Origin: a virus
Taxonomy: Duplodnaviria > Caudoviricetes
Virus record (IMG/VR): IMGVR_UViG_3300044580_000572
Coordinates: 1-54,916 of that record
Reading direction: 5' to 3' (one strand)
DNA: 54,916 nucleotides
The notes beneath the pieces were generated by a model. That model searched no databases. It was not told where the DNA came from and saw only the letters and a list, made by a program, of their open reading frames with translations. This document shows, in pieces, positions 19,901 to 27,953 of the stretch (position 1 is its first letter; the number at the start of each line of letters is the position of its first letter). The position numbers were made by a program, and so were the translations under genes.

Positions 19901-20148
19901 CACTTCCGGGATTGGGGGGCCTCCCGTCGCTGGATCGGATTGGCGGTAGCACGCCGTCCGGAGCGGGGCAGGTCGTCATACAGCTGGATGGACCGGCTAC
20001 AACCGCGCTGCTGCGTGGAGAGGCAGTCCAGGCCATAGCCGATAATCCGCGTGTCGTCCAGGCTGCTACGATGACCGCCACGAAGTCGAACGCCGGTCGA
20101 CGGGAGCTGACGGCGCTCCAGTTGAGCCCGGGGACGCTGACAGGATGA
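16924..20148 (+). CDS. Tape measure protein
   Basis: 1074 aa, Ala-rich and coiled-coil; ANPW motif; Gly-zipper C-terminal region; position after G/GT. Confidence 0.92.
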   Translation: MADNKLELVVQVDVDRANASIKSVNAGLSSMEQTAAKTARGASAGIDGMTASMVKGATAGNLIADAIKKAVEWTKSWTIEAAKMAAHESRMEASGRALAKAHGIAAEAFDRAVEAVRKIGYHGEEAVHTIDRLIVADLDLSKAEGLAKVAKDAAAIEDIAAPEALEKILQAIEFGNARALRSAGLVVNFEREITTQELLLGRALSDNEKVQARYNAVMKAAAAIQGAHAGAVGEAEMQMKALDREVHELREAVGVQFQDQFRGVIGLLRDLVGFLKDNASWLAKFGEAALYVSAALATAALVGKIKGITVAVEGLTTALAANPWALMLTGIAAGGAIIYKTWKDTQAGLQQRWEQGKSSMLRQNLFSGKTSVDALRKQGMTDDQIRELVSGRRALPGEGFEYTGPKLNLDTGPDLEALKLAAEIRKRQAEVERESRQAALGARVKEQLGFAKDMAEVNAQIQKWSTFTDEKGTEHQIALTKVAWMNVLDQLQARWEVYKRNLLDQNKEYLADYLKDEEEAAKRRMEFDAQVYQRKLQYDVEWAQQAMERTKELLSLSEQQAGGERDARLRALEATGAQTLEQKVAIEQQKAQIEVDYIERVHEIKMRFFDIETAMQAADYELEMRRLGYQADVIGQRLADYAQQRNEIRQMQQGSTEEAVRAARENAAIRQSQLIRDEQHQIFDSLKQQAGGVFDALLQKSQSVWSAIGNSLKTALLTAIKDVVSSRVAAMLMQLFSGSPVSFASGGTGGGMGRLGGLLGLGAAPVFGSVGVGLPGIMPGMAGSTGITGAGGTGSLLSRAGWGAQWSGIKGALTNLGNLGRPIGVGSSYAGPGYGGITGGAMLLGGGLLALAGVQRGGWSGLGMTTAGGALIGAKFGGPMGAAIGGLIGLGAGIVGLFRKSAEQKVREKVRATYGVDISDKGILQQIVGMAKQSFGGNLDVAIQSQQVRELVELYAMSTGQKPIGMPAAMTPLSLVQTGGSLFQSPSYNNGSPLPGLGGLPSLDRIGGSTPSGAGQVVIQLDGPATTALLRGEAVQAIADNPRVVQAATMTATKSNAGRRELTALQLSPGTLTG

Positions 20149-20165
20149 TTCTCAAGTTGACTGCT

Positions 20166-20810
20166 CTATTGGTACTCAACCGACTTATCTCTGAAAGCTC
20201 CTTTCCGCAAGTACCCGACGAACCGCCAAATCAGAGTGTCGATGACCTTCTCATCAGAGTACTGGGCATCTAGGCGAAAACGCTGGCGAAAGGCAGCGAT
20301 AGCCGGGGCGAGGAGTTCGTTTCTTAATACCCGATCGTACTCGTCAACCAAGAAGCTATACGACTGAAGCAGGTTCTTAAGCTTGTCTTCGACCGTCTTC
20401 TGCGTGTCAGATGACGGGAGGAAGAAGAAGCTCTCAACCATGCTGTCGTATACAGGGAGCCTTGGCCTCACCATATGCACGAGTTTGCTCGCGAAGGAGA
20501 ACTGGAGCGACTCTCTCCCGTTGGAGTGCGTTGGAATTCTGAGCAGAGCCCTCGCGACCGCTTCCACAGTCGTGCGATCAGGCGCATGCTTCGATTGCTC
20601 TAGCAGGGAGAAATACGCCGTACAGAAGTCCGGACTTAGCCGAGCTGGGTTGAGCTGCCAGTAGCGACGGTAGACGCCCTGGAACTTGACATCGCGGCTG
20701 ACGTCAACATTTGGCAGGCACTGAATCATCCACACGTAGGGGTCAATGTCTCCCTCTCGTTTGATGCTGTCCAGCAGTCGAGCGACGTGGCGATTGATGA
20801 GATCGTACAT
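20166..20810 (-). CDS. Antisense moron: HhH-glycosylase-like / DUF6308-like protein, 214 aa
   Basis: FSFASKLVH...P.LPVYDS.V and K.ID..IW motifs; own -10 TATGAT at 20826-20831 (minus strand); lower GC. Confidence 0.6.
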   Translation of the reverse strand: MYDLINRHVARLLDSIKREGDIDPYVWMIQCLPNVDVSRDVKFQGVYRRYWQLNPARLSPDFCTAYFSLLEQSKHAPDRTTVEAVARALLRIPTHSNGRESLQFSFASKLVHMVRPRLPVYDSMVESFFFLPSSDTQKTVEDKLKNLLQSYSFLVDEYDRVLRNELLAPAIAAFRQRFRLDAQYSDEKVIDTLIWRFVGYLRKGAFRDKSVEYQ

Positions 20811-20867
20811 GTGACTGAGGCTCTCATCATACCTTCTGCGACACACGACCGTCGCTGATCCTAAACC

Positions 20868-21269
20868 ATGCCCAACTCCGTCCAAAACGCCGCGCCTGCC
20901 ACGGTGCTCCCCCTGTCCCTTTGCCGCGCGTTCGCGCACTCGCGCGAGTATCCGATCGTCGAGAACGAGTACCGCAACGGCGAGTCGCAGCGGTTCGTGC
21001 TGGCGACCAACAGCCGGAAGCGGTGGCGGCTCGGGAAAAGGCTGACACCGGCAGCCTTGCAGACGCTCCGGTCCTTCTATGAAGCGCGGGATGGCCCGAT
21101 CGAGCCTTTTTACTTCTACGATCCGTACGAAACGAACCCGAAGTTCTCCTACGATCCGAGCGGCCAGGCAACCACAGGCCGCTACACCGTCCGGTTCGCT
21201 GGCGACTGGCAGCAGTCGTGCGGGCCTGGGCGGTCCGATGTCCAGATTGAACTTGTGGAGATTGCATAG
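20868..21269 (+). CDS. Distal tail protein (gpM/DUF2460-like)
   Basis: Follows the tape measure gene; F...R.G...F.F.DP and VRF motifs. Confidence 0.75.
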   Translation: MPNSVQNAAPATVLPLSLCRAFAHSREYPIVENEYRNGESQRFVLATNSRKRWRLGKRLTPAALQTLRSFYEARDGPIEPFYFYDPYETNPKFSYDPSGQATTGRYTVRFAGDWQQSCGPGRSDVQIELVEIA

Positions 21270-21590
21270 ATGCTGATTCTGAAACCGGATGTCCGGATCG
21301 CCGGACTACGCCCCGAAATCGTCCTGGCCGTCCTCATCGCCGAACGCGCCTACGCGGAGGCCGACTGCGAGCTGATGCTCACCTCCGGCATCGAGGGCGC
21401 CCATTCGCGCGGTTCCCTTCACTACGCGGGCAGCGCCGCCGATCTCCGCACGCAAAGCGTGCCCCTGGAGAAACTGAAGCCGCTCGTCGAGCGAATCCGC
21501 ATCGCCCTGGGACCCGACTTCGACGTGGTCCTTGAATCCAACCATCTTCATATCGAGTTCCAACCCAAGGAGCCATTGAGCCATGTCTGA
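21270..21590 (+). CDS. M15-family Zn peptidase (endolysin-like)
   Basis: TSG...SLHYAGSAAD (H-x6-D) and NHLHIEF (HxH) motifs. Confidence 0.8.
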   Translation: MLILKPDVRIAGLRPEIVLAVLIAERAYAEADCELMLTSGIEGAHSRGSLHYAGSAADLRTQSVPLEKLKPLVERIRIALGPDFDVVLESNHLHIEFQPKEPLSHV

Positions 21591-24500
21591 TCAAATCGGA
21601 CGCATCTTCGTGCCGGAGATCCTGGTCTCCGGGACTTTCCCGATCGTGCCGGACTACCCCTATGGCCGCGCCATCTCTCCGGAGGTGACCATCCACCAGT
21701 TCGGCAGCGGCGACGCCAAGATCGAGCAGCGCTTCCTGCTGGGCAACGGGGCCAGGCGGTTCACGGTCCGGAAGGCGTGGCTGAGCGACTCGGACCGTCG
21801 TGCCCTGCGCGATTTCTGGGAGCAGAAGTACGGGCCGTATGGTGCCTTCACTTTCAACGCGCCCCACGACGACGGCTTGGGCACGTCGGCTTACACCTGC
21901 CGTTTCGCCAACGAGCCGCTCTCTTGGGAGATGGTCACAAACGCCATTTGTTCCCTGGGCGTGACGCTCGTCGAGATCCCCACTACGGAGCCCTCCTATG
22001 GACTCAACGCAGTCGAGACCCGCTTCCCCGGCTCTGCCCTCACTGCGGCGCTCCTCTCGCAGGTGCAAGAGGTGATCCCGCTCGTAAGACTCCAACCGCT
22101 CGAGTCCGGGTATCCGGCCATCTACCTCTCCGACCGGCGCTGCACGATCGGAGGGCAGCTCTACCAAGCGCGCCTGCTGGAGTTCGACGGCATTTCGCAG
22201 AGCGTGGGCAACGAGGCCGATGAGGCGAATTTCACGTTCGGAAACGCGGATCGCGTCATGCGGGATCTCGCCAATGACGTGGACCTATTTCGGGCTGAAA
22301 TAGGGTTCAGCCTTTTCCACGTCGCAACCGGGATCAAGCTGGATCTCTGGAAGGGCGACATCGTGAACTGGGGGATGGACTCCGGCCCGGAGTTCCATGT
22401 CACGGCAGCAGACGGCCTCTACGAACTGAACCTGCCCTATCCCCCGCGCCGGATCTCGCGTACCTGCTGGAAGCAGTTCAACGATGGCCAGGGCTGCCCC
22501 TTCACCAGCCAGGGCGCCATGGACTACGGGCACTTCCCTTCAGCCGATCCGACCACCTGCGACAAGGGCTACGAAACACCGAACGGCTGCCTCGCTCACG
22601 GCATGAAGCGCTACTACGGCGGCATTCTCGCCGAACCGCAAGGCGTCCGCATCAAAGACAACTCAACCGGGATCTGGGGTTTCGGGCGATCCACCATCAC
22701 CAGTGTGTCGCTGGTCGCGGAGTCGATTTACGACCAGGTGGTGCCGGAGATCTATACCGACAGTGACATGCCCGTGAACTGCAAGATCGCGGCGGGCCGG
22801 GACGAGAGTGACTTCTATATCGCCCTGGGCATTGTCGGCGAGGGTCCTCTGGGCGCATACGGCGTCGGCCACAAACTCGACGAGCAGTATCATCACGGCT
22901 ACCCGGGCAGCTTTGGTCTGCGCCAGGTTCTTGGCTCGGATCCCGCCGGCGCGCAGGATTGGTTGTCGCTCGACCAGTCCGGAAACACTACCGGCGGCGA
23001 TTGGCGCAGAGTCTTCTCCGGCAACTCGACCTACAAGGACAACTTTGCGGCGGGGACCGCGTTCCTCGTGATTCGGCGCTCCGACACGAAGGGCCTCCAA
23101 CTGTCCCGACCGGGGGACCACACCATGCAGGCGATCGTGGCGCAGGGCTTGCGCGGCTGGGTATGGACAGCGCCCGGCGCGCGCTCCTGGCAGGTCCTCA
23201 CCAATCCGGTCTGGATCGTGATCAACATGCTGCTCCGGGCTCGCGGCTTGCGCTTTGCCGACGCCTCTGCCTCGGAGCAGTACTTTGACGTGGATGCCGC
23301 GGTAGCAGCGGCCTCCATCTCGGACCAGCAGGTGGCGAAGCTCTTCGGCTCCGGCACGGAAACCCAGTTCAAGTTTCGCGGCGTGCTCCAGGAAGAGAAG
23401 CCCTTGCGGGATTGGGCCCAGGAGGTTCTGATGAACTGCCTGGGCTACTATACCTTCGCCTTTGGCAAGCTCAAGCTGGGCGTTCGGGTGAACTCGTCCG
23501 TGGTCGAGGCCTTCACTCTGGGCAACATCCTCTTCCAGAGCCTGCAACTGTCTCCCCTGAAGCCCAGTTTCAATTACCTGGCCGCGAACTTCGCCGACGA
23601 GGAGTTCGAATTCGCCAACAACTCGATCACACTGTACGACATCGACCACGCGAAGCTGATCGGTGGGGCGGCATCGCCCCTGTTTCTCAAGGCCAACATC
23701 AATCTGGCCGGCACTGCCAATAAATCTCAGGCGGCCCGGATCATCACCACGCGGCTGCGGGAAGAATTGGGCGGGACGAGCCTGGCAGAGTGGAAGGCGG
23801 CACGCCAGGTTGCTTTTCGCACTACGGTCCTCGCGCTGAACGTCGAGCCCGGCATGGTCTGCTCGATGACGCACCCGGACATGCCTGCTGGCCACGGCGA
23901 ATTCCGCGTTGTCACCTGGCGGCTCAATAAGGACTTCTCTATCGAGATCCAGGGGCGCACGACCACTGATTCGATGTACAACCTGGTCGCTGGGCCCAAG
24001 CCCGCTGACGTGCCGGCGTCGCCGTTTCCGCGCTCGTTCCGGGACTTGCTGCCACGCCCGCCATTCGGCTGGATGCCCTACCACGTAGCGCCCCTAGCGA
24101 ACGATCCGATCTTTGATCCCACGGAGTGGGGCTTCGGGCTGAAGCCGAAATACGAGACAGCGGCTGATGGGACGGCCATGGCCAGTCTGATCGTGTCTGG
24201 GAAGCTTCCGGTCAACGTATTCAGCAGCATCCGTGCTCCCATCCTGTCCAAAACGGTCACCAGCCAGCCCACGAACGGATCGATCAAGGGTGGAAGAACC
24301 TACTACCTCCTGGTCTGCGCCAAGGATGCGAGTGGTGGTTTTTCGGAGAGCTCGGAGATCGTCAAAGTAGACATCCCCACAGGCACCGACACCAACACGA
24401 TCACGGTCACAGTGGAGGCCTGGCCGGATGGCGCGCCAGGTGGGTATTCGGTGTTTGCCGGTGAGAATCGGGACCGCCTTTCCTGGCAGCAGGACGGAGC

Positions 24501-25677
24501 CGATGCGCCGTCTCAGATCACGATCGCCGGCCCTTTGAATGTTGCAGCCTGGGGCGTGCCGGATGGCGAGTTTGACCGCCTGCGCCTCCGCGCGAAGAAG
24601 ATCTTCCACTCCGGCGTCTTTGGCGCGCAGGTCGGGGGCGTAACTGCAAACACCATCCAGGTCGCGGGCGGGAACTTCACCGTGAACCAGTGGGCCGGCT
24701 ATGTCGTGTCGATCGTGGCTTTGTACAACAGCACCGATCCCCTGCCGATCTTGAATTACCGGGTCGCTTCGAACGACGCCGACACGCTCACCCTGGAAAC
24801 TGGCCACGATCCTCTCGCCGACGGGGTGAAGCTCGGGGACGTTCTCATCATGCGCCACCGGCCGACGATCGTGAGCGCGAACACCATCGGAGACCCCAAC
24901 ACGCACAACTGTTTCTACCCGGACGGGGCAACCGACGACGAGTCTGGGAGGTTGATCCGCATCATCGCGGGCAGGGGCCGCGGGCAAGTTCGGAAGGTTG
25001 TCTCGAACACAACCACCACCTGGACGATCGAAGGTGAGTGGGACGAGTTTCCGGATACCAGCTCGATCTTCATCGTCGAGGAAGCCAAGTGGGAAGTCCG
25101 GACCGAATCGACACCTCTCGACACAGTCGATCCCTTGCAGAACATGGACTTCGCCGTGCGGGTGGACAACCTGGTCCGCGAGACGGTCTTGGTCCAGGCC
25201 GTTGGTGTAGACGGTGGCGCACACGAGTCCATTGATGCCGATTCGCCGGTCCGTGAGATCTACCTCTTCGGCGGACCTGGAACGGTCACCAAGGACTTTC
25301 AGGCGCGGTTTGTGGACGGAGCTGACCCTCTTGAAAGCGGCTCCGACCTCATGGACAACCACTACCGCGTGGCCGAGGACAACCTGCTCGAAGTCAACCT
25401 AGAGGAGTGGACGGCCCAACTGAAAGAGGCGCCGGCGAGCGCCGTCCTGACGGTAGACATCCTGCGGTCGACAGATAACGGGACGTCGTGGGCCTCTCTC
25501 TTTCCGGGTGATCAGAAGCCGTCGGTCGCTGTGGGAGAAACCCGCTCGAGCGGCACGGCTTTCGCGATCCCCACCTTGAATCGGGACGACATCCTACGGT
25601 ACGACCTCACCGCAGACGGCGTGGCGGCAGGGCTGGAGTTCGTCCTGCGCGGCAAAAAGGTGCTGAAGGCGGCGTAG
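21583..25677 (+). CDS. Tail tip/hub megaprotein (Dit-like + gpL-like + gpJ-like fusion)
   Basis: N-terminal domain resembles 20868-21269; four-Cys cluster; TNPVW motif; VEPGMVC.MTHP; C-terminal beta repeats. Confidence 0.8.
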   Translation: MSDQIGRIFVPEILVSGTFPIVPDYPYGRAISPEVTIHQFGSGDAKIEQRFLLGNGARRFTVRKAWLSDSDRRALRDFWEQKYGPYGAFTFNAPHDDGLGTSAYTCRFANEPLSWEMVTNAICSLGVTLVEIPTTEPSYGLNAVETRFPGSALTAALLSQVQEVIPLVRLQPLESGYPAIYLSDRRCTIGGQLYQARLLEFDGISQSVGNEADEANFTFGNADRVMRDLANDVDLFRAEIGFSLFHVATGIKLDLWKGDIVNWGMDSGPEFHVTAADGLYELNLPYPPRRISRTCWKQFNDGQGCPFTSQGAMDYGHFPSADPTTCDKGYETPNGCLAHGMKRYYGGILAEPQGVRIKDNSTGIWGFGRSTITSVSLVAESIYDQVVPEIYTDSDMPVNCKIAAGRDESDFYIALGIVGEGPLGAYGVGHKLDEQYHHGYPGSFGLRQVLGSDPAGAQDWLSLDQSGNTTGGDWRRVFSGNSTYKDNFAAGTAFLVIRRSDTKGLQLSRPGDHTMQAIVAQGLRGWVWTAPGARSWQVLTNPVWIVINMLLRARGLRFADASASEQYFDVDAAVAAASISDQQVAKLFGSGTETQFKFRGVLQEEKPLRDWAQEVLMNCLGYYTFAFGKLKLGVRVNSSVVEAFTLGNILFQSLQLSPLKPSFNYLAANFADEEFEFANNSITLYDIDHAKLIGGAASPLFLKANINLAGTANKSQAARIITTRLREELGGTSLAEWKAARQVAFRTTVLALNVEPGMVCSMTHPDMPAGHGEFRVVTWRLNKDFSIEIQGRTTTDSMYNLVAGPKPADVPASPFPRSFRDLLPRPPFGWMPYHVAPLANDPIFDPTEWGFGLKPKYETAADGTAMASLIVSGKLPVNVFSSIRAPILSKTVTSQPTNGSIKGGRTYYLLVCAKDASGGFSESSEIVKVDIPTGTDTNTITVTVEAWPDGAPGGYSVFAGENRDRLSWQQDGADAPSQITIAGPLNVAAWGVPDGEFDRLRLRAKKIFHSGVFGAQVGGVTANTIQVAGGNFTVNQWAGYVVSIVALYNSTDPLPILNYRVASNDADTLTLETGHDPLADGVKLGDVLIMRHRPTIVSANTIGDPNTHNCFYPDGATDDESGRLIRIIAGRGRGQVRKVVSNTTTTWTIEGEWDEFPDTSSIFIVEEAKWEVRTESTPLDTVDPLQNMDFAVRVDNLVRETVLVQAVGVDGGAHESIDADSPVREIYLFGGPGTVTKDFQARFVDGADPLESGSDLMDNHYRVAEDNLLEVNLEEWTAQLKEAPASAVLTVDILRSTDNGTSWASLFPGDQKPSVAVGETRSSGTAFAIPTLNRDDILRYDLTADGVAAGLEFVLRGKKVLKAA

Positions 25678-25679
25678 CG

Positions 25680-26237
25680 GTGGCTCTGTGGTTCTACAAA
25701 GTGCCGGCGCTGCTGGCCTCGGCGGGCGCCCTTGTCGGCATTGGCGTCGGCTCTCAGCCGCGAAGAGATCTGGGCCCGTATTCGGCGGCGGCGAACTTCA
25801 GCCTCGATCTACAGGGAGATCCCGACAGCCGGCCAGGGACGTGGGGTAGTGCCGGCTTCCACGTCTTCCAGATTCGCTTCTCGCCGCCTCTCGGACACAG
25901 GGTTCGCATCCTGCGTGCCTACGGCGATTTCCTGGTCTGGCCCAAAGGGCAGGTGGCTTCTGGAAAGTTCGCTGGCGCCTTGTTCGCCCTGCACAATTCC
26001 GGCCCGGAAGGCAGTGTCCGGGCCGACTGGGCGGCCGACAATACCTTCCTCTACATCCAAGTCGCAACCTCCGGTGAGCCAGCACGGGCCGCGTTCGATT
26101 ACGACACCGAGGCCGGGGGCCTGCTCGCTGCGGATCACGTCCTCAACGTCAAAGTCGCCGTCTGGCTCAACGACACGGGACTTGAGATCCACTGCGAGCC
26201 GACCTTCACGCTGGTTTACCGCTTCGAGAGACCCTGA
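25680..26237 (+). CDS. Hypothetical beta-rich protein with N-terminal hydrophobic, signal-like segment
   Basis: Tightly coupled ORF; KVPALLASAGALVGIGVG. Confidence 0.65.
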   Translation: MALWFYKVPALLASAGALVGIGVGSQPRRDLGPYSAAANFSLDLQGDPDSRPGTWGSAGFHVFQIRFSPPLGHRVRILRAYGDFLVWPKGQVASGKFAGALFALHNSGPEGSVRADWAADNTFLYIQVATSGEPARAAFDYDTEAGGLLAADHVLNVKVAVWLNDTGLEIHCEPTFTLVYRFERP

Positions 26238-27952
26238 TGGGCATTCCCCTCATCGACCAATCGGACACCCCTGCCGGTGACATCGTCCGGCGGCAGTTGC
26301 CAATCACCAGCGTCTACGACTTCCTGTCCAGTCTGCGGCTGGCGCTGCTCGACGCCGGATGGTCGCACGACCAGGAGGGCGATGTGTCGCCCAACGCGAC
26401 CCTGACCTTCACGGGTGTACCCGCCAACAACCAGACCGTCACGATCAACGGCCGCACTTACACGTACAAGACCACGCTGACCGGTGCCCCCGACGAAGTG
26501 AAGATCATCGCCAGCGCTGCCGCCTGCGCGATCAATCTCGTCGACGCCGTCAACGACAACGAGTGGAACGAAGGCATCACCTATGGCGCGGGCACCACGC
26601 CGAACGCTGACTGCTCGGCGGAGTTGGTGGGCGCGAGCGCCGTCACGCTGACCGGTCACAGCGTTGAGGACACAGGCAAACCGGTGAGCGAAACCCTGAA
26701 CAACGCCAGCTTCAACTGGAGCTACCTTGGTGGGTCGCAGCGCCGGCTATCTTCCGCAGTCACCCCGCAGGGTTTACAGTTTGCCGTGTCACTTGAAGAC
26801 GGCAGAACCGGTTCCTACATTCTCATCCGTCCGCAGTCGGTGGACGGCTCCATTAAGTGCTCCATCCAGAGCGATACCAACTGCGACACTTGGGCCGCCA
26901 CGCTCCAATACGCACCGGAAGTTCTGGCCACCAAATTCTGGTTTCTGATTTTCTACCCCACCATCGTCGTCGGACCCGGTTGCGGGATCTGTGGAACGCT
27001 CTACCTGCCCGAATGGCAGGCGCCCGGCCAAATCCAGAACGCTGTCAAGGATTCGGAACAGGCTATCTCCGGAGCGACCAACGCCTCGCCCGTCGAGGTC
27101 AGCATTACGGATCACGGATTCTCGACCGGCGAACAGGTCGTTATCAGCGGTGTTGAGGGAAACACGGCGGCCAACGGGACGTGGTACATCACCGTGACCG
27201 GGCCCGGCACGTTCACGCTGAATGGTTCTTCCGGCAACGGCAATTACTCTGGCGGCGGCTCTGCAATTCGTTCGGCCGCCGTCTTCATCACGCAGACGGG
27301 GCACGGGTACTCGACGGGCAACCAGGTGTATATCGACCGATCGTCCTCGGGCGGAATGACCCTGAACGGCTCCTGGGTCATTGAGGTCATCGATTTGGAC
27401 AGTTATCGCCTGCGGAACTCGCAATCCGTGCAGGGTAGCTATGACCCAGACAATCCCTCCATCGTCGCCGGACCAGGGCAGGCCAGCCAGTCGTTTTTCA
27501 TGGCGTGGGACAACTGGGGGCAGAATGGCGGCATCTCCGGCGGCAATGGTCATTGGAGGAATGCCTCCGTCGGGCCCTTCCCGCTCAACGACACGCGCGG
27601 AGGCTTCCGCGAACGCGGGGATGGGTGGGTCTGCTACAACGGCTACGCCTACTTCGACAACCCGGACTTCGATCTGCAGTACTACGGAGTCGGGAGTAGC
27701 CTGACCCGCCAATGGTTCGGTGGCCGCCACTGGCTGGCCGATGCGCTCCTGGCCTGGAGCGTCCAGGGATACAACGGCACTGACCCTCCCGAAGCCGTGG
27801 GGTGGATGTTCAACACGGCCTTGGCCTACGTCAGCCTTCCGCTCGACTCCGAGATGGTGGACGCCGACGGAAAGAAGTGGAAGGCCTACACCAACGACGC
27901 CGGCACGAAGAACCTCGCGCTGCTCTACCGGATTCCTGACGGGTACAACTGA
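26237..27952 (+). CDS. Tail fibre / receptor-binding protein 1 with two FCCH-like beta modules
   Basis: Thr/Gly/Asn-rich; HGFSTGEQVVISGV and HGYSTGNQVYI repeats. Confidence 0.7.
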   Translation: MGIPLIDQSDTPAGDIVRRQLPITSVYDFLSSLRLALLDAGWSHDQEGDVSPNATLTFTGVPANNQTVTINGRTYTYKTTLTGAPDEVKIIASAAACAINLVDAVNDNEWNEGITYGAGTTPNADCSAELVGASAVTLTGHSVEDTGKPVSETLNNASFNWSYLGGSQRRLSSAVTPQGLQFAVSLEDGRTGSYILIRPQSVDGSIKCSIQSDTNCDTWAATLQYAPEVLATKFWFLIFYPTIVVGPGCGICGTLYLPEWQAPGQIQNAVKDSEQAISGATNASPVEVSITDHGFSTGEQVVISGVEGNTAANGTWYITVTGPGTFTLNGSSGNGNYSGGGSAIRSAAVFITQTGHGYSTGNQVYIDRSSSGGMTLNGSWVIEVIDLDSYRLRNSQSVQGSYDPDNPSIVAGPGQASQSFFMAWDNWGQNGGISGGNGHWRNASVGPFPLNDTRGGFRERGDGWVCYNGYAYFDNPDFDLQYYGVGSSLTRQWFGGRHWLADALLAWSVQGYNGTDPPEAVGWMFNTALAYVSLPLDSEMVDADGKKWKAYTNDAGTKNLALLYRIPDGYN

Positions 27953-27953
27953 G

